From Diplonema japonicum (lineage: Eukaryota; Protista; Euglenozoa: Diplonemea): a stretch of DNA of 64,000 nt. Position 1 is the first letter of the stretch, and every line of letters begins with the position of its first letter. The notes under the pieces were generated by a model. That model saw only the letters and a program-made list of their open reading frames with translations, had not been told where the DNA came from and did no database searches. The translations under genes and the position numbers were made by a program. Below are positions 1 through 12,151 of this stretch, piece after piece. Location of the stretch: contig OZ025707.1 of NCBI GenBank assembly GCA_964019335.1, positions 62,001-126,000 of the forward strand. Direction: 5' to 3'.

Positions 1-3000
1 TGATGATGCGATACCCCTTGCTACACGTGACGAGGAGCTCGACCACAGCTGGAATGACAAGGAGCTCCTCTCCATGGTCGGTATCAAGACCACCGACGGC
101 AGCCACTGGAACAAGTCCGAAGCCGCACACCCTTACAAGTACTACTACGCGCTGGGCACCAACTACGAGGCGAAGCAAAAAGGGTACCACCCGACCGGAA
201 AGAACCGGAACTGCATCTATCCGATCTTCAACCTGGAGCGCGCTGCTAAGGACCACCAGCTGCTCATCGAACAACGGGGGACCATTCTGAACACCTACTT
301 CCTATCGCACATCGGCACAGACGAAGTAGAGGCCCTTCACAAAGCCTTGTCGGAGACCGAAGAAGCGTCGCTACTACTTGACGCCATTGACAAGATCCGC
401 GACCTGCTTAGGGAGCCATCCGCATACGGGAAAAGCCTGCTGGTATCCGCCATGAAAGCACGCAAGGACCTGGATGACATAACGCGGAGAGAGAAAGTGC
501 TTGTCAGACACTCTCAAGACCTTGTCGACGCACCCGAGGCGCTTACGAAGCAAGCCTCATACATTAAGCTGCAACATGAGATCCAAGACAAGGCGCTAGA
601 CAAGTTTGTCGAGCTTATGAGCAACGACCATGTGCAAAGGTTCTACTCGCACCTCAGGCTCAAGTTCTTGCAGCAGCTGATCACTCACCGTGCCTATGCA
701 ACTGAAGCGCTGTCTGAGTTCCCTGAGGTGCTTGTGGCAGGTTCTGTAGTCGGGTTCAACGAGCAGGTTTTGAATGCTGTGGACTCTGTAGTAGCTTCTG
801 ACCGCACGGGGATCAAGCCTTCCCTCCTCCTGCTGGACGAGGCGTCGCACATCATGCCGCGGTGGTTGGCGGAGAGGTACTCGTCGCAGTTGCAAAAGCT
901 CACCCACGAGGGCATCCACACCTTCGCAGACTGCAGCCTTGCCCGATCCCTGTTTTCCCTACCGCCGCCAAGCGAAGAGGGTCTCCCTTCGAGGGCCATG
1001 GCAGCCATGGGGACGGGCACCATCACCGCGGCGAAGGAAAAGCGTTCTTCCAGATCCGCGCCTCCCATCAGTGCGTCTGTCTGCTTGCAACTGTCCTCCG
1101 CGTCGCTAGACTTAACAGTTGTGGGCCACAAGCACGTTGTGCTGCCGACTACCGACTCCGATGCGAATTGGAAAGAACACTCCCTGGTTACAAAGTGCGG
1201 TTTGGCAACACCCACCGGGAAGTACAACGGCACACGAAAACACCACAAACCACAGAAGTACGGCTACGTGAATGCCTCGATGCATGAGGCGAACTCATTG
1301 GAAACACCGGGCTCACCGAAACAGCGGCAAATGTCCAGTCCGGCAAGAGGGAGGGACTCCAAAAAACTGGACATTGTACGGCCTGAGAAGTCGGTGAGCG
1401 AATGGTTCCCCCCTGGCTGCGAGGCGGAGGCGTACGGGCTGATTGGCGCAAAGGAGCTGAACGGGATTAAAGGCCGCGTCGAGGGGATCGAGACAATGCC
1501 CCCAAACGAGGGGAGGGTGCAGGTCATCTTCCCACCCCCGTATGGAGAGAAGGCTTTGAAGCACACGAATGTGTGGCGACTGTACAAAACATCCGATTTC
1601 AATATCGGTTACGATGTGGAAACAAAAGGGGGCACCAGTAGCACGCAGCTCGGACGGGTGACGGGCGTGGACAGCTACGGGGTGACCGTGCAGTTTATGG
1701 GCGCGACCAGCGACACAGTCGTTGATCCGAGCCAGCTGTGCATTTTACGCAGTGAGAGCAAAGCCAGCCCAGAAAGAGCAGGAGACCTGGGAGGGAGCTT
1801 CTTATCCAGCTCGCCAAGCGTGCCAGCGAGCAGCAACAAAGTCGCCAACCTATCGTGGGCCAAGTCAACGCTGGTGTGCACGCCGAGGATCGTGACAGCT
1901 GGTGCATCCATCAACTGTGTGCTAGTGATAAAAGACCACTCTGGAAAGAAGATAAGCTGCGGAGTGACCTCCGGAGAGCTTGATGTGCTGCCTTTCGGAC
2001 ACAGTGGAGTCACTCTGCTCAGTGAGCCGACCAACGCATCCGATGACGGCAGTACCTTCCAGTTCACACTGGAGCTTGCCAACGTGGGTACCTTCCCCAT
2101 TGGTGTCGCGTGCCGTGGAAAATGCAAGATATCCAACAACGTGACGGTGGTTGCCGGTCCAATCGATTGGCTCGGACGGTCGAAGCTTGCCATCGCACCG
2201 GAGCTGACCACCGCAGGGGAGCCAATGTTTGGAAGGATCGAACTGCGCGACCGCCTCGGGAACCTGGCCACCAGCGCAGGTCTCGAAGACTTCACCATCG
2301 CCGTGCACAATGTGGTGGAGCTGGCCACCACCGTTCTGAAACAAGCGGACGATGGCAGCTTCATATTCAGCTTTGTCCCCACAGAGGAAGGCGAGATAGA
2401 CATCGAGGTGGGTTTCTGCGGCCTTATGAAACAAAGCGCGTCTTACCACGAGTGCCGGCCGGGCAGAACAGACTTCAAGAACACACTTGTGGTGCTGGAT
2501 TCCTGCGAAGCTGAGGTAGGTGACGTGACGTCCGGTGTGATGGTGCTGCGAGACATCTACGGAAACAGGGCTGCAAACGTAAGACACGAGGATGTTGAAA
2601 TGTGGTTGCGTGCTGGCGATGACGAATCGAGAGTGGATCTGGTGCCTGTGAAGGGTGAAGTATCTGAGTACGAGATGCAGTTCAAGTGCGTTCGACGTGG
2701 GTTAACCCTGCTCGAGTCGGAATCGATAAGAACGAGGGAAAGGGTGGTGACAAAGGTCACTGTGTCGATGCCCAAGGCCGCCATTGACTGGTCTCAAAGC
2801 ACGGTCAGCCTTGTGCCTCGCGAGGTGCAAGCAGGCCACACGGTCACGTGCACGATCCTCGCTAGGGACAGCTTCGGGAACCTCCTCTCGGAACTGGACG
2901 CTGATCAGATCGAACTGTGCGTCACATCCGAGCCCACAGCACAGTTGGAAGTGAAGCACGGACCGCTCATCTCACGTGGCGGCACAATCACGTGCGGGTT

Positions 3001-5738
3001 TGAACCCCTCACAGCAGGCACAGTCTGGGCAACAGCAAGCATGGATGACGCCAGAAGGAAGTCAAACGATGTCCTAGTTACAGCAGGCTCCCTATCATGG
3101 GAAGCCTCAACCGTCACGATCAAGGAGACAGCCCAGGTAGGGGAGTCGGTGGCTGTCAACATCACTGCCCGCGACCGCTACGGGAACGTGAGCCCCATGG
3201 CGCACAACACGGACTTCCAGGTAACCGTTTGGAACGAAGGCACGCGGTTGGACCACTCGCCCATCAATGGTGAGATGGGGAAATTCTTTTTCTCGTTCGA
3301 ACCCCGGGCCACAGGACACGCGTGGGTGGAGGTGTTCTACTCAGGTTCCTCAAAAGAGTCCAACCGATGCGTTATATCCCCTGGGAGGGTTTGCTGGGAC
3401 GACTGTTCTGTGGTACTTGATCGTCTGAAGGTGAAAGCAGGTGAAGTACTGCGTTGCGATGTGACGCTCACCGACAAGTGCGGGAACGAGACGGCGACCG
3501 AGAATGTGTTTGCCTCCGACTTCCTGAAGCAGGTGTGCGATGTCGGCGGCGAGACTCTATCGCAGGCAACGAAGGATTCAACCCCTTTGGACGGTGTGGG
3601 GTCCCGGTTCTGGTTCCAGTTCTCACCGACGGCAGTAGGCGATGTGATGGCACGGGTGGCCTTCAGGGGCGCCAACAAGGACAGCAACCTTGCAACCATT
3701 GCACCAGACGAAGTGTGCTGGGAACGTTCCGTCCTCACGTTCGACAGGGAAGATTCCATGGCAGGCGTGCAGGTGTCTGGGAAGGTCCTCACCCGGGATA
3801 GGTTCGAGAATCCTTCCGAGATCCTGCGGTACACTTCAGGGCTTTCTTGCATCGCTCTCAAACAGACAGACATCACCATCTCATGCAAGAACTTCGCAGA
3901 TGCCGACCACGAGCTCCTCGACGTGACAATGCTGCCCACAGAGGAGTACGGCACGTTCGCATTCAACGTGCTGCCGAAGATGATGGGCGAGGTCAGAGCG
4001 TTTGCAACACTCGTCGGTGGCACCGTGGAGCTATCCAGCAAATGCCTCATCAGAGGCGGCGGCATCGATTGGAGCAACTGTTCCATTACACTTAACCCTG
4101 CGGAGATTCAGGCGGGCGAGGAAGCCAGCTGCAGTATTGCTGTGAAAGATAAATTCGGCAACGACGCCAACGGTGCCAAGCCGCACGACTTCATTGCCAC
4201 TGTGTGGAACGAAAACAACAACACAAGGATCAGCGACGTCGTGGCGACCGGTGAGGCCACCTTTGCTTTCACAGCCGAGCCTACCCGTGCGGGCACAGCG
4301 TGTTCGACTGTCAAGTTTTTCGATGTTCCCAAAGAGTCCAACGTAATCTACGTGAAGCCTGCTGAGATGAGCTTCCCGAACTCCACCCTCAGCTGGGCCA
4401 CCACTAGGGTATTTGCTGGCGACCATCTTGAGGGCACCCTCACATTCAGGGACAGGTTCGGAAACCCCACCTCGGCCCTGCCCCCCAACGAGGTCGAGTT
4501 CAATCTGGCAAACGGTGGCGGGAAACTGCAGGCATTTATCATCGACGACTACGTGTCTGCAACCGAGACCACACAGGTGCGGTTCTACTGCGAACCGATA
4601 AAGAAAGGCGTCGTTACAGTGGGCGCTGTGCGGAAGAAGACAGGAGAGACCATCGAAGGAAGCAGCGCGGAAGTGAAATCAGGCCCTGTTGACTGGACAC
4701 AGAGCACGACTGAGCTCCCGGCCAGAAACGCCGGAGAGAAGAGGAGAGTAGCCCAGGCAGGGGAATCCGTGATCGGCGTCATCACGTGCAGGGACAAGTA
4801 CGGCAACCAAGCATGCCCCGGGACAGAGTCATCTTTCAACATGGTGGTGAAGGCCAACGGGCAGCTTGTGGTATCGCCTCAACCGTATGTGCCAAGCGGT
4901 GTTGGTGCCATGGTGAAGGCGGATATCGAACATGCGTCGGTGTTCCACTTTGAACTGAAGCCCGAGGTGGCGGGTACAACGGAGATAGAGGTGAGATACA
5001 GCCCGCAGCCTTTAGAGGCACCACACAAGATAGCGATTGACGTGAAGTCGGGGTCGTTGGATTGGCGGAACAACTGCGCCGTGCTGTTGGAGGAGAGAGA
5101 AGTCACCGCTGGCGACACGCTGCACTTCACGATTGTCATCAAAGATTCGCACGGCAACGCAACAGGCGGCACCGTCGGTTCCATGTTCGTCGTGAAAATC
5201 GACAATGGCAGCTCGTCATCAACATGCTCACCAGTAACAGCTGCCAAGGACAGCAACAACATGTTTGTGTTCACAGCTGTCGCGACCGTAGCAGGCGATG
5301 CATGCGGGGCCGTTGTGTATCAAGGAGCGTCCTTGAGGTCCCCTGCTTGCAGGGTCATGCCAGGACCGTTGTTCTTCCCCAAATGCACGCTTGGTCTTCC
5401 CGATAAGACGGCAGCGGGAGAACAATGCAAGGCGGTGCTGTCCCTGCGTGACAAGTTCAACAACCCCACGTCACTAGGGTCTATGTCGGTGCAGGACTTT
5501 GTTTGGACGCTTTTAAACGTCGGTACCCCTTCGGAAGGCAGCCCAAGACCTCAGTCAAATGAGCTGCAGCCCTCAGGACCGCTTGCACCAGGAGGGATGT
5601 TCGGCGGACAAGCGTCGGACCTCACACTCCCCTTCGAACCACGATGGAAGGGAAGCATGACTGTGACATGTAAATGCGCCAGAGACGAGACAGCGCACAA
5701 ACTGGAGAAAACTATCCCGGTCTCTGGGGTATGTTCTT

Positions 5739-5772
<34 letters not shown>

Positions 5773-6859
5773 CGCTTGTTTACCAACACAACTGCAGGGC
5801 AAGCCCGACACCCGCACAAGCGTAATAAAGATAAACCCCGAGCTCGTCCGTGCAGGGAACAAGGTTTCAGTGGAAGTCTTCGTCAGGGATTGCCACAAAA
5901 ACCCGGTATGTAGGAGGGGGGGGAAAAAAAGAGAAAAAAAAATAACCATTTATACAGACAGCCTTTGATATCAAATCAATGTCGGCGAGCATAGTGAACG
6001 AGAGAGACTCACCTGTGCCGTCGGAGCTGCTGGAGATACACGGCGGATTCAAGTATGTTTCGGAAAGAGATTTATAAAAAAAAAAAAAAAAAAAAAAAAA
6101 AGGTTTACATTTGTGCCTGTAAAGCAAGGCAAGGCAAAGGTGACAATCAAAGAAAAGGGTTCGAAAAACACTGTTGCTGGCGCACCTGTGACAGTATACA
6201 GTGCAGAGTTCCACCCTGCAAGCTCTCATATTAAATTGGAACCGTCGAGTCAGGTTGCCGGCAGGACGTGCACCGCCATGGTGACGCTGAGGGACCAGTA
6301 CAAAAACAGCCTTTCGAACGACGCCGAAGAGCTGGAGGGGTTGTTGAAACAGATAAAGTTAGAGGTAAAGAATGGGTATTCAAAGGTAGCCCCATCACCC
6401 TGCAAGGTGAAGGGGTTGATGCTAATCAGTGAACTGGAACCCACGGAGAGAGGCCCCGCTTTTATTGAACTAACTATGCCGGCCGTGACAAAGGAAAAGC
6501 TGACGAGTAACCACATCGAGGTGAAACCTGCTGCGCTGTCCTTCCCACATTGCTCCATTGTGCTTGATGCGGACACGTGCCCCATCAATGTGCCCATCTC
6601 GCTCATCCTCACGACGAAGGATCGCTTCAATAACATAACAACAGGGGCGCGGGCGGAGAATTTCAACGTGAAGATTGTGAATGAAGATGTTGCCCTCCCC
6701 GACCCGCGTCTTCTCGGCAAGGACAAGTCCTCCACCGCGTTCACCGCGCAAATATCCCCCGTGGCGGTGGGATCCATCTACTGCGAGGTGACATTCTACC
6801 CGCCAGACGGCGACGAACCCGTGACAAAAAAATCGAACGTCATCCAAGTCACGAGTTGA
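1..6859 (+). CDS. Large filamin/ABP280-type Ig-repeat protein, 5'-truncated (exons <2-5728, 5798-5905, 5958-6052, 6103-6859)
   Basis: The frame is open from base 2. There are more than 12 ~100-aa repeats with the motif 'AG...I..RD.FGN...F.F.P...G'. Three GT-AG introns (5729-5797, 5906-5957, 6053-6102) join ORF 74..5968 to ORF 6113..6859 in frame (…HKNP|TAFD…GGFK|FTFVPVKQG). Confidence 0.8.
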
Positions 6860-6869
6860 GGGAAAAGAG

Positions 6870-6900
<31 letters not shown>

Positions 6901-6968
6901 GTAGATTTTTTTTTTTTTTTAATACCCCTCAATTTCACCCGAAAAAAGGAAAAAAAAAAAAAAAAAAA

Positions 6969-7643
6969 ATGGGTATAGTAAACATGGAAGGTATGCAGAG
7001 GAACATGGGGCCAGGCGAGGATGAAGATGCGGCGTCATTAAAAGAGAACATCGCGGCGGCGGAGGGGGGCATGTTGCCGGGGCTGTGCAGGAAGCACTAT
7101 GCTGCGACGTGCAGGAAGGGGAGGTCATGCCCCAAGATGCATGGCGTCATGGACAAACGATATGAGTTCAAAGACATCCCAGGTGTCGTGATGCCTACTG
7201 CCGGGTCTGTGTACCCGTGGACGGACGGGACAGCAAGCGTGGTCTTAGATATTGCAGTAGACCCGAAGTACTCACCTTCCTCTGTGGAGATAAAGGAATA
7301 TGCAGCTTGGGTTGGAATGGATCTAGAAACTGACGGACCTTTAACATGGGTAGCCATCGAAGGTCTGCAGGCCCCGGTGCCATCGCCGTGGAGAAGCTGC
7401 AAGACGGACCAGGACGAGGTTTACTTCTTCAACTTTGCCAACGGCTGCTCCTCTTGGGACCACCCCCTGGATTCTCATATAAAACACCTCTTTATCGCAG
7501 AAAAAGCCGCCCTCGCCACCCGGAGAAAAGAAGCCAAATTTTTTTTGCTGGCTTGGAAACGGCTCCACGGGCAGCACACCTTCCCGATGTTGCTGGAGTA
7601 CCTGGTTTCGTTTATATGCCCCGAGCCCCGGTCAATTGAATGA
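6969..7643 (+). CDS. CCCH zinc finger plus CEP164-like N-terminal/WW domain protein
   Basis: CRKHYAATCRKGRSCPKMH fits CCCH. EIKEYAAWVGMD…EGLQAPVPSPWRSC…YFFNFANGCSSWDHPLD resembles the CEP164 N-terminal WW region. Confidence 0.75.
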   Translation: MGIVNMEGMQRNMGPGEDEDAASLKENIAAAEGGMLPGLCRKHYAATCRKGRSCPKMHGVMDKRYEFKDIPGVVMPTAGSVYPWTDGTASVVLDIAVDPKYSPSSVEIKEYAAWVGMDLETDGPLTWVAIEGLQAPVPSPWRSCKTDQDEVYFFNFANGCSSWDHPLDSHIKHLFIAEKAALATRRKEAKFFLLAWKRLHGQHTFPMLLEYLVSFICPEPRSIE

Positions 7644-8392
7644 TAGATAGAGGGAAGGAAGTTGCGAAACTTTCGGTTTTCTTTTTTTTTTTTTTTTTTT
7701 TTTTTTCCCCTTACTGTGTGTTTGCAGGACTTTTAACCCCCTCCCTCCCTCCCCCGCCGCCGCCGCTGCTTTGTTTCATAAATCACAATGTTTTTTTTTT
7801 TTTTTTTTTTTTTTTTTGTTCTGACAGACTTATTTTATGTTTCACGATTCTTCCCCAGATTTTTTTTTCTTCTTCTTCCTTTGTGGACAAGATGTGTGGG
7901 GGGGGGGGGGGGGGAGGGGGGGGTCTTGCTGCGAAAAGTTGCATTTTATTACCCCCCCTTTTTTTGGTTCTTATTTTCTTTTTTCTTTTTATCCCTTGCT
8001 GATTAATCATTTACACTGGCGGGTTTTGTTCCTTTTTTTTTTCTCTTTCTTCCTAGACTCTGCTCCCGCCAGCCTCACTTTTTTTTTATCTTTTTTTTTT
8101 GTTCCATGACTTTTTTTTTTTTATCTTTTTTTTGTCCATCGGTTTCCAAAATATATTTTTAATATTGATCTACAGTCGCGCGCAGCAGCAGTCCCCACCA
8201 TGTTTCGGACAAGAAAACTGACCTTATTCATCGTAATTTATTAGAAGTTATATATTTTGGAAGAAAAAAAAAATTCTCTGCTCTGTGTGGTGCTTTGTCT
8301 CCCTTATTTTATTTTATTTTATTTTTTAGTTCAGGCTTCTATTTTATTTTTTCAGGCGTCCTGCCACATACCGCAGGTACCCAGGTAAATGT

Positions 8393-8442
<50 letters not shown>

Positions 8443-9220
8443 GTGGTGGGGATAACATGGAAATATAAGAAGTACATCAGATGTGTTGTTCGCTGTTGAC
8501 CTCCTCGTCGGTCATCACCGGTAGCGCCCGAGTGGAAGAACGTAACGCAGATGCTCAGGGTGACGAACAGGCAGCAAACTGCACGAGCGCAGAATCTTGG
8601 TTACCCGGGACGCCCCGGCTAGGGTTGAGCACACCGCACGCATTAAGGACACGACGCGGAACGCAAAAGAAGCTACAACTCGGCCGGGGAGCGCCCCCTG
8701 TAATCAAGTAGGTGGTTCGTGCTTCATTGCACGCTTAACGCCACCTAGTGTTGCAATCAAAGCCCCATTTTTTTTTTTTTTTTTCCCTTTATTAACCACA
8801 CAGCCTGAAACTGGCTTGTCAAAAACCCTGTTTCTTCAGTTCTGCGGGGGAGAAAAAAAAATATGTCAGGCCAGAACTAGGCCGAGACCTTCCTTTACTT
8901 TTTAAAAAAAAAAAATCTTTTTTAGCATCTTATTGTCTTGCTTTCCTAAGGTACACTTAAAAGTGAGGGGCAAGAACCCCCTTCCCCCTTGCCCCAGTGA
9001 CCTGACAGGGTTCAATGAAAAAAAGACACCCCACAATGGCACGCATCTTATGAGGTGTCCTTCCCTCTTTTTCTTTTTTTCCCCCTCCCTTCTCTGTGAG
9101 CTATTTTTTTTTTTTTTTCTCTCTTCTTTCACTCCCCTTTTTTATTTTTATTTTTTTTGTACCACAAAAAAAAAAAAAAAAAAAAAACGTTCAATAAAGG
9201 AAGAGGGGCCACCATTAAGC

Positions 9221-11977
9221 ATGGCGGGGATCACAGTCACAGCCCCGGAGTCACCCCCACCGCCTCAACCAAGTACGGGAAGCAATGTGAAGGATACGAA
9301 GGAAGGGAAGAAAGCTAAAAAGGACAAGCCAGCTGTCCGCGGCGCATCGCCTGTGAGGGCTGAAGCCCTTGCCCCCACCGATGTGGATGGTGCAGACCTC
9401 ATGAATCTAGTAGTAGCGGGCGACGCCAACTGCGACATCCCCGGCATGATGCAGCTGTACTGTACTGGCGTCATGCAGAAGGTCACGAAGGGGAAGAAGT
9501 CGCCAAAAACGTTCAAACCCAAAATAGTGGGAATGAAACCCTCGGAGCCGGACCCCCTCGTCAACGTAACCCTCCTACACGAGGCCACACCACGCAGCAC
9601 GCAGCTTGTCACAGCCGACGCTGTTCTACTGTGCTACACACCTGTTGCACGGGAGAGCTTGTTTGAGTCCATCCGTAACGTGTGGCTACCTGTTGTCCGC
9701 CAAGCAGCACCCAATGCAACCATCGGTCTCTGCGCCACCAGAATGGACTTACTCAAAAAAGCTGTGAACCATAAAATGCAAATTGTCAAAGTGGTAGAGG
9801 CAGCGGCATTCTGCCAGGAGAACGGCCTGCACCTTTATTTCGAAGCCTCGACCAGAAACAACAAGGGCGTTAAGTCTGCGATCGAAGAAACCGTGCGGCT
9901 CACACACGCCAACAGAAAGACCGGCCAGAGCCCAGTCCCCTTCACTGCGACAGAGGCGGACCTCAAGCGCATTAAAGACATTCGAACAGAGGTCAAATCG
10001 GCACCTGTAAAGTCCGTGTGGGCGCAAGTCTGCAAGAACGGACGGTACTACTACAAGAACAGAAAGACAAAGGAAACAACGATGGTGAAGCCCCCTGACT
10101 TCGATGGTGTCGATCACGAGCAGAAGGCGAGGGACGAGATCGCAGATCTCAAGAAGGCCTACCTTACAACGAGAGAAAATTCCGACCTGGACCTGACGAA
10201 CAAACACGCGGAGAGAATCGAAGAGTTGCAGCGTAATGCCCTGGGCCTCATTCAAGAAACCAGCATGCTCAACACAGAAGTCCTTCAGCTACGGAACATG
10301 GACACACGAAACAAAAGAAATCTCAAAGAATGGGAGGCACAGTTGGAAAAGGTAACTGCAGCCATCGCGAAGCAAGAACGTGAGACGGAAGACGAAAAAC
10401 TGGCGTACAGTGAAGAAACAAGCGAGAAAACAGCACAGGAAGAAACATGCCGTGAGCGGGAGGACAGGTTTGTCGAACAGAAATCGGAGGCCAACGCGAT
10501 GCAACTGCAAATCAAGTTGAAGAACGAGGCGAACGTCACCTTGGCCACAACGCTGAAGGAGATCCAAGCGAGCAGCGAAGGGTTAACAAACCGCCTGCAA
10601 GAGATTGAAAGCGGCATTGCGAACGGGACCAGCAAGAACCAAAAGATTCGCGCAACAATCGAGCACGGGAAGAGCAAATGTGCCGACGCCAAGGACGTCA
10701 ACTCAAAACTCTTGGTGGCAACCGGCGCATACAGAGACAAGAAACAGATCCTCCAAAACGAACTGACAAGAGCCAAGGAACAAGAGAGCTCACTACTGCT
10801 CTATCAAGAACACAAGGAGCAAGAAGAGGACAACCTCGTCCGAGACATCGACAAGCTCGAAATCGACATCATGCAGCACAAAGACCCCGATTCTCTCCCG
10901 CCAGCTCACGTCAGCCAAACACAGTACAAAGCCCTCAAAATCGAGAAGGAAAAAGTAACCCGGGAACTCGCTTCGAACTGCGCCGCCGACCTAGAAAAAG
11001 TCGACTCCGTAGCTACCTTAAGAAACACCTACGCACGACGCATGAGAGACCTGGAAGCCGCGTACACACGGAACGAAACGCTTATCAATGCGGCGATGCC
11101 TCTACCGTTGAAGGCGGTGAGCATTTTCACGCAGCATTCCGACAAGTTGAAGCAGCGTGCCGTACGCTTGGAGCAGGCTGTGTCGGTGCTGGAGTACAAC
11201 ATCACCAGGCAACGCCAAGAGCAAACAATGGACGTCCACAGGGTGCTTCAACACCACGTCTCTGTCGAGGAGAACGTCTCCGAGGAACAAGTCCAAGAAA
11301 TGCGAAAACGTTTGCAAGCATGCGTCAGAAAGTACTCCGCGCTGGACAGGAAAATAGCCATCTGCAACATGGAACACGGGTACCTGCTGAGGGTGCTGGA
11401 GACACGCGCGGAGGACAGGCTACGGCACAACGAAATGTCACGACAGTTAGTTGAACACGTTGACGCACACCTCCAGTCCTTGTCGGAGCCCTCGTTGTGG
11501 AAGCCGCAACCGCATAAGTTTCAACTGACCGCACAGCCTTTGTCGGCTTCCATGCAATCGATGGCTTTGAAATGCTCGGAAGGCATCCTGTCTGAAACAC
11601 GAGCCGAGCTGCTCGCCACAGAGGCCTTCGTCGTGCGGAGGAAGCTTCGCAAGCGTGCGGCTGCGAAAGCGGAAAAACACGAAACGGATCTGTGCAAAAG
11701 ATTCCTGGGCAGGGTGAAGAAAAGAGGCGCGCAGCATGCTCCCGTGTCGCGCGAGACCATTCACTCCTTCGCCTCCGCTGCCACCGAGCTCATGGACAAG
11801 TCCAGCAAGGAGGCCGCTTCGCAGTTCAGAGGCCCCTGCAGGCAGCTTCCCCACGCAATCACCTCCAGCAGCCTCGAATTCCCCGCGAAGCTGAAGTATT
11901 GCGTTTCAAGCGCGCCCCCCGCTTACCGCACAGCGGCAACGGAAACCTGGCTCGGATACACCAAAGGCCTCTACTAG
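9221..11977 (+). CDS. Rho/Miro-like (degenerate) GTPase domain, WW domain and long coiled coil
   Basis: Motifs ADAVLLCY, SLFESIRNVWLPVVRQAAPNATIGLCATRMDL and YFEAST are Rho-like. WAQVCKNGRYYYKNRKTKETTMVKP is WW-like. The start is set at the ATG after the homopolymer spacer. Confidence 0.7.
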   Translation: MAGITVTAPESPPPPQPSTGSNVKDTKEGKKAKKDKPAVRGASPVRAEALAPTDVDGADLMNLVVAGDANCDIPGMMQLYCTGVMQKVTKGKKSPKTFKPKIVGMKPSEPDPLVNVTLLHEATPRSTQLVTADAVLLCYTPVARESLFESIRNVWLPVVRQAAPNATIGLCATRMDLLKKAVNHKMQIVKVVEAAAFCQENGLHLYFEASTRNNKGVKSAIEETVRLTHANRKTGQSPVPFTATEADLKRIKDIRTEVKSAPVKSVWAQVCKNGRYYYKNRKTKETTMVKPPDFDGVDHEQKARDEIADLKKAYLTTRENSDLDLTNKHAERIEELQRNALGLIQETSMLNTEVLQLRNMDTRNKRNLKEWEAQLEKVTAAIAKQERETEDEKLAYSEETSEKTAQEETCREREDRFVEQKSEANAMQLQIKLKNEANVTLATTLKEIQASSEGLTNRLQEIESGIANGTSKNQKIRATIEHGKSKCADAKDVNSKLLVATGAYRDKKQILQNELTRAKEQESSLLLYQEHKEQEEDNLVRDIDKLEIDIMQHKDPDSLPPAHVSQTQYKALKIEKEKVTRELASNCAADLEKVDSVATLRNTYARRMRDLEAAYTRNETLINAAMPLPLKAVSIFTQHSDKLKQRAVRLEQAVSVLEYNITRQRQEQTMDVHRVLQHHVSVEENVSEEQVQEMRKRLQACVRKYSALDRKIAICNMEHGYLLRVLETRAEDRLRHNEMSRQLVEHVDAHLQSLSEPSLWKPQPHKFQLTAQPLSASMQSMALKCSEGILSETRAELLATEAFVVRRKLRKRAAAKAEKHETDLCKRFLGRVKKRGAQHAPVSRETIHSFASAATELMDKSSKEAASQFRGPCRQLPHAITSSSLEFPAKLKYCVSSAPPAYRTAATETWLGYTKGLY

Positions 11978-12151
11978 CCCCCGCCATCCTGTACCACTTG
12001 TACTATTGTTTATATTCATTTTTTTTTTATCCCCGTTCCAAGAATTCTTTTTTTTTTTGTCAACAAACAACCAACAGCGCCATTTACACGGGGGGGGGGA
12101 AGAAAAAAAAAGAAGAAACAAAAAAAAAAAAACCAGAGGCAACCAAAAAAT

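Noticed and set aside
7640-8109. Poly-Phe, poly-Lys and poly-Gly ORFs here and throughout the window, including in-frame runs in the filamin, CSD and RPL26 ORFs
   Set aside because: They are translations of homopolymer spacers or of 3n-length introns (69, 54 and 69 nt).
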